A stretch of 64,000 nt of DNA from NCBI RefSeq assembly GCF_006345805.1, contig NC_043012.1:28582001-28646000 (forward strand), written 5' to 3'. The translations under genes and the position numbers were made by a program. The DNA comes from Octopus sinensis. Lineage: Eukaryota. Within the stretch, counting starts at the first letter, position 1, and the number at the start of each line of letters is the position of its first letter. Below the pieces are notes generated by a model, which saw only the letters and a program-made list of their open reading frames with translations, was not told the origin of the DNA and did not search any database. Below are positions 63,176-64,000 of this stretch, one piece after another.

Positions 63176-63290
63176 GAAGAGAGAGAAAAAGAGGAACAAA
63201 GGAATTAAGGAGGGGGGAAGAGAGAGAAAAAGAGGAACAAAGGAATTAAGGAGGGGGAAGAGAGAGAGAAAAAGAGGAACAAAGGAATTA
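63176..63290. repeat. ~41-bp purine-rich minisatellite, ~2.7 copies
   Basis: GAGAGAAAAAGAGGAACAAAGGAATTAAGGAGGGGG repeated. Confidence 0.85.
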
Positions 63291-64000
63291 TGTATGTGTG
63301 TGTCTGTGTGTGTGTATGTCATATATATTTTCGGCTGTAGGTTATATAAAGAACACCCTTCGCACATGGTTTCTCTCAAACCTTCTCATCTTGGTCTGCT
63401 ATTCGACACCTTCATATTACGAGGCGAAATGTCCAGCCGCTAAGCTAAGAAACATCTCTAGTTTTTAATCGTTCATCAATCTTTTCATTCATTTAATATG
63501 TATTACGAACATGCTAATGTTCTTGAGATAAATAACTTTGTAACCTGTAATTCGTTACTTCCTCAAATAACTTCTAGAATCATATCACTTTAAATATTTG
63601 ATATAATTCTCATGTGTTTCTATCGTTCTTTGCTTCACTATTGCCCTTTGCTGCTATTTCGATTTTCTTGTGGCGAAGCTAGCCATTTCTTCCATTTATT
63701 GTTTGCGATGTTCTGTGATGTTCTGTGATGCAAATAACCTTTTGATATGCAATACCAACTCCCTGAATCTAGCCAGCCACCTATCAATCAGGTGACTCTG
63801 CTAGGTAGACCGATTTCATTCTCACCAGAGAGCAGGATGCATGGTTGCTCTTAAATACAAAGACCCTCCCTGGTGAAGAATGTACCCACCAGCATAGACT
63901 AGTCATTAGTGAGTTATAGCTTCCAACTCTGTCGTGTCTGTGAATATATTCCTTGTTGGTCAGTTAGACACAACATTATTATTATTATTATTATTATTAT

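Overview
Eukaryotic, repeat-saturated window with no host gene that I can support. The SINE families and microsatellite load look like an octopod cephalopod genome (inference from remembered repeat families, not a search). Content: (i) tRNA-derived SINEs of at least 3-4 families; (ii) decayed LINEs: Tx1/L1-like ORF1 and ORF2 pieces, R4/Dong-like and HERO-like restriction-endonuclease elements; (iii) a near-full-length IR-DR Tc1 (DD34E), Tigger/pogo, Merlin and Gypsy remnants; (iv) Penelope-like elements (PLEs) of about three clades (YRDD/Nematis-like, Neptune-like, Naiad-like). The main signal is absent from the ORF track: 16 type I hammerhead ribozyme motifs (intact, degenerate or partial). 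Most lie in non-coding monomers of 332, 340, ~497, 526 and 600 bp that occur as tandem or circularly permuted units. They are usually folded back into head-to-head palindromes next to (TA)n, and two families share a covarying U3-A8 core (UUGANAA). A related palindromic element (23280-25595) carries an uninterrupted GIY-YIG endonuclease-only ORF between two ~750-bp ribozyme-bearing arms. Together these look like a PLE-parasitic, retrozyme-like system. A second notable item is an ORF1-only Tx1 element inserted with a 13-bp TSD into a SINE tRNA head. Clade names and ribozyme folds were assigned by eye and need computational and biochemical confirmation.
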